This document shows, piece by piece, positions 60,399 to 64,000 of a stretch of 64,000 nt of DNA. Source of the stretch: the human T2T-CHM13v2.0 reference genome, Homo sapiens. The DNA is taken from NCBI RefSeq assembly GCF_009914755.1, contig NC_060932.1; one strand, written 5' to 3'. Each line of letters starts with the position of its first letter. The first letter of the stretch is position 1. A program made the translations under genes and the position numbers. Below the pieces are notes generated by a model that ran no database searches, was not told the DNA's origin, and saw only the letters and a list, made by a program, of their open reading frames with translations.

Positions 60399-63300
60399 TG
60401 AAGAGATAGTTATAAAATAAATACCTTAGATTGTAGATACTTTAATTCTATTAGCAAATACTTATTCGACATCTTTTATTGTCAGGCTTATGCTAAGTGC
60501 TAAGACTTAAAGAGTGAACAAAGAAAATGGTCCCTGCCATCACAGAGCTTGCATTAGCTCCTATACTTCTGCACATTTCACATAGTCTCATTTGTGATTA
60601 TGCATTAGAATAACTTAATTTAGGATACCTTACCATTTTCAGGGGCAAATACCAATACGTGACTTAGAAATCACAAAATATAAATCAACAGATTCATGAT
60701 AATGAGCTTATTTTTGTGATACAATATTTATATTAATACGTTATATAATATTTATCTGGAAACCTAACATCATCACATTCCCAAAAGCTTCTCCTGGTTT
60801 CTTGCTCCTTCCCTCTAACAACTCTGGCTCCCTCCTTATGGCTCACTTCTACCAAAGTCTCTTCAATTGGCAACCTGCCTGCTATTCAAATCATAAGGAC
60901 TATTTTTATCCTCAGGGGTCTCCCCAACAGGACAGAAGTTAAAAATGCTAAGTATACATAATTTCATGGGGCCAACTCCAGTTTTTTGAACCAAAGACTC
61001 AGTTTCGAAGTTTCTTTTGGGCGTAAACAAGCTAAGGTGATTTCTGAGCAGGATTTTTGCTTCAGAATTCAATGCACAAACTTATTTCAGAGTTAAAACA
61101 ACTGAACACTTCTGTCATATTGAGAGTTTCATGTAACAAAACCTTTCCTAATAGGACTTCTAAAACAAATTAACAGTAATTCTTTAGTAAATGATTTATA
61201 AAATAAAATACTAGATAACATCAATAGGATAAGACTACATAATGGTTTTAAGGCTAATGGCATAGCTTTTTAAAAAAGTTATCAATAAAAATAATTCTTC
61301 AGGTGTTAATGACAGTGATAAAGAGAGCAATGCAAGCAAAACCTCCTTTATCAAGAAGTGTTACTTTTTCCACTTTGATATAGAAAGTATCACTGACATA
61401 TGATAACTTTTGAGAAACAAATGAAGTACACAAGTTTTAAACACCCAAAGTGATTTCACTGCCTGTTTGGTTGAAGCCTACCACCATCTGAAATACAGGT
61501 ATGTTCAGCAAGGAAATATTATCCCTTAGTCTTTAGCTGTGCAGGTACGGTTAAGTAAATGAGTTGTTTCAATGTTAGACATCTTCTATCTACTAACAGA
61601 GAACTGGCATGGCTTAAAAAAAGAAAATTCATAATTACTCCTAGTTGGAGAAAAAAAATTCCTAAGTAAAGAAAAATTTAGCTATTCTCCGTAAGTAGTA
61701 AGATGAATATTTTGATAAATAGCTTTTAAGCTGAAGTACTACTCCATATATAATCATGGGTCCTTTCAGACAATCTAAATTCAACTACCATTTTGCTATG
61801 ATGTGCTAGTTTGCCAAATACAATGCAATATGCAATGAAATGTAAATTTAGAAATTCAACTTTACTTTGGGCTTTTGCCCAAGGTGGCCTAATTTTTATC
61901 TTGGCAAAGAATGTTAAAAGATCATAAGCTTATTAGTTCAGTACAAAACCAGCCTGCATTTGACAGTCAGTTTTCACTTATTAATGACATTAGAAAAACG
62001 AATAACAATTCCCTAAGATTTCCTATATAACCCGAGTAGAGAAGATATAAGTGAGCAATTCAGATGTAAATATTAATATAACAAAATTTATCTCCAGCTT
62101 ACTCTGCGCCCAGCACTTGACTAGGGACTTTTACATGTTATCACAAATATTTTGCCTTCTTTTCCCTACTTGGAAATTACAGAAAACTACATATCTCAAC
62201 CATCTGTGCCCTGTAGATTAAAAACGACAACAACAACAAACTATATGTGTTGGAGAAGGGGGAGAAATAATCTGAAACCAAAAAATTTCTATATAAATCT
62301 AAATAAGTGTTCAAGATACAAACTGCCGCAACAAAAAAAAAACCGTGGTGGGGAGGGGGTGTCAGAATCTTCCATAATATACAAGTGATTATTTCAAATA
62401 GTTAAAACAAAAAGTTTGCTTTTAATTACCCATATTTAATTCTAAACAACCCCATAACAAATAGTATCCTTCAATCCAACCCCAATAAAATAGAGGTGAC
62501 CCAAGTGTCTTACATCCTCAACTGCAAACATACTGCTTTACGACTTCACTTACATTCAAATTTGGGAAGTGCATTTACTTTCCACCAAGATGCTAAGTAT
62601 TTTATTTATTCATCCATTTTCTTGAATGAAGTATCTTTAAAAATAGGAATCTTAGCACCTCTCGTGTGTTAGGCAGAAAATAAGTTTCAGTCAAGCAAAA
62701 TACATCAAAAACTCAAGAAATCACCAAAATTTGTTTAAAAATCCCAACACTGTCTGGTTGACAGTATGGACAGTTCTTTATATTAAGTCTACTGATCAAC
62801 TGAGGCATCCCCTAAATGAGAAAACAAAATTTCCAGTGGCCACTATTTGGTACTAAGAATTGGGTTGTGCTTCAACTCCTAAAATGATGCTGCAGTTTTA
62901 AAAATTAATCTTACTGGAATCTCCTGGAAGCTAAGATAGTGAAAAAAATACACTAACATTAGTTGCCAACTGTAATTTTTTCCTCAAAGACACCTTGCGA
63001 TGACATTAAAATATTTTCCATGGACACGTAAAATTTAAACTTCAGTTAAATTTTATACAGTAATTTAAAAAAAGAGAACATTAAGCAGGGCATTAAACTA
63101 ACAAATTTTAAAAGTGTTTTTTTAGCATAATTTGGTTTATTAAGTCCCAAGACTTAATTCTAAATTTTTACCATGAAACTGTAACAAGGAAAGAACATTT
63201 GAAAATACGATCATCGCCATTTTCTAAATAGAGAAGTATTTACATTTTAACTCAATTCAGATAGTTCAGTCAGTGTTAAAGAAGCAAAAACAGGCAAACA

Positions 63301-63499
63301 GGGTAATGGCTTGCATTATAAACAGAAGTGGTAAAATGTGTATTAAGACGGGTAATGGCAAAACTGAAAATAAAACTTAAGGCAAACCGTCAGACTTCAA
63401 ACAACCAAAACTCAATGAATCTAGGTTAAAATAAGAAAAGATATTTTAAAAAAATGAAAAGAACCATGTTCTTTAAAAAAAAAAAATGTGGAATGTAAA

Positions 63500-64000
63500 G
63501 ATCACAATTTAAGACAACCGATCAAAGGAAAGGGCTGCTTTAAGCCTCTACTGTTTACTAACACTTAAAATTAGCATTTCTAGCCAACATCTAGGTTTGA
63601 AAATTGCAACGGCACTTAAACGCCGTCTTTTCTAACGTCACCCCAACAGAACATTCTGCAACACTGTGGACAGTAAACATTAAGCAGAGTAAAGCATCGT
63701 TCGTGTATTTATATCTCCAAGGGTCAATGGGAAAAAATTAAACGTTTCTCTCTCCCATATACAGCCTTAACCACTCTCTTCCCTCTTTTTATTTACTGCC
63801 CTTGTCGCGGGGTTAATGAACCCTAAACTTCTTTTTCTTCTTCCCATTAATGGAAATGGGAAAAAAAGAGCAACTGCAGAGTGGAACCCAGATAAGAAAA
63901 ACTGAAAATTCAAAGTAGTAGTATTACTTGCCGGGCGAGGGCTGGGAACACCCTAAAGGCTTAGCACGGGGAGACAATCCCGGAAGACCCCCGTTAACAC
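63500..64000. promoter_or_regulatory. Probable CpG-island shore next to the main RNF19A promoter/first exon (outside window)
   Basis: CpG and GC content rise toward the right edge in non-repeat sequence; ETS-like CCGGAAG at 63980-63986; inference. Confidence 0.5.

Noticed and set aside
63825-63872. Hairpin-like ttcccatt...aatgggaa with flanking T and A runs
   Set aside because: Short, low-complexity stem; no miRNA or snoRNA hallmarks

Overview
Primate (human-like) genomic DNA, AT-rich and dense in Alu, L1, L2, MaLR and DNA-transposon relics. The main content is RNF19A (Dorfin, an RBR-family E3 ubiquitin ligase) on the minus strand. Nine coding exons span 42958 to 13341, all with GT-AG junctions and consistent phases; they join to 2517 nt (838 aa), followed by a ~1.5 kb 3'UTR ending near 11850. 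The main non-coding first exon appears to lie just beyond the right edge, where CpG density rises. No prokaryotic-type system, CRISPR array or RNA gene is evident. The most unusual structures are: (1) an Alu whose target-site duplication encloses extra unique sequence, a Pol III-type T run and a second A tail (candidate Alu 3' transduction); (2) a local templated insertion copying a neighbouring Alu plus flanks, half inverted, into an L1; (3) a sense MLT1 LTR with a splice donor and lost polyA signal plus an exonizable antisense AluJ (alternative 5' end); (4) a 37-bp duplication carrying six 5'-splice-site cores; (5) a uORF/start-stop cluster abutting the start codon. Repeat subfamily calls are by eye and their boundaries are approximate.
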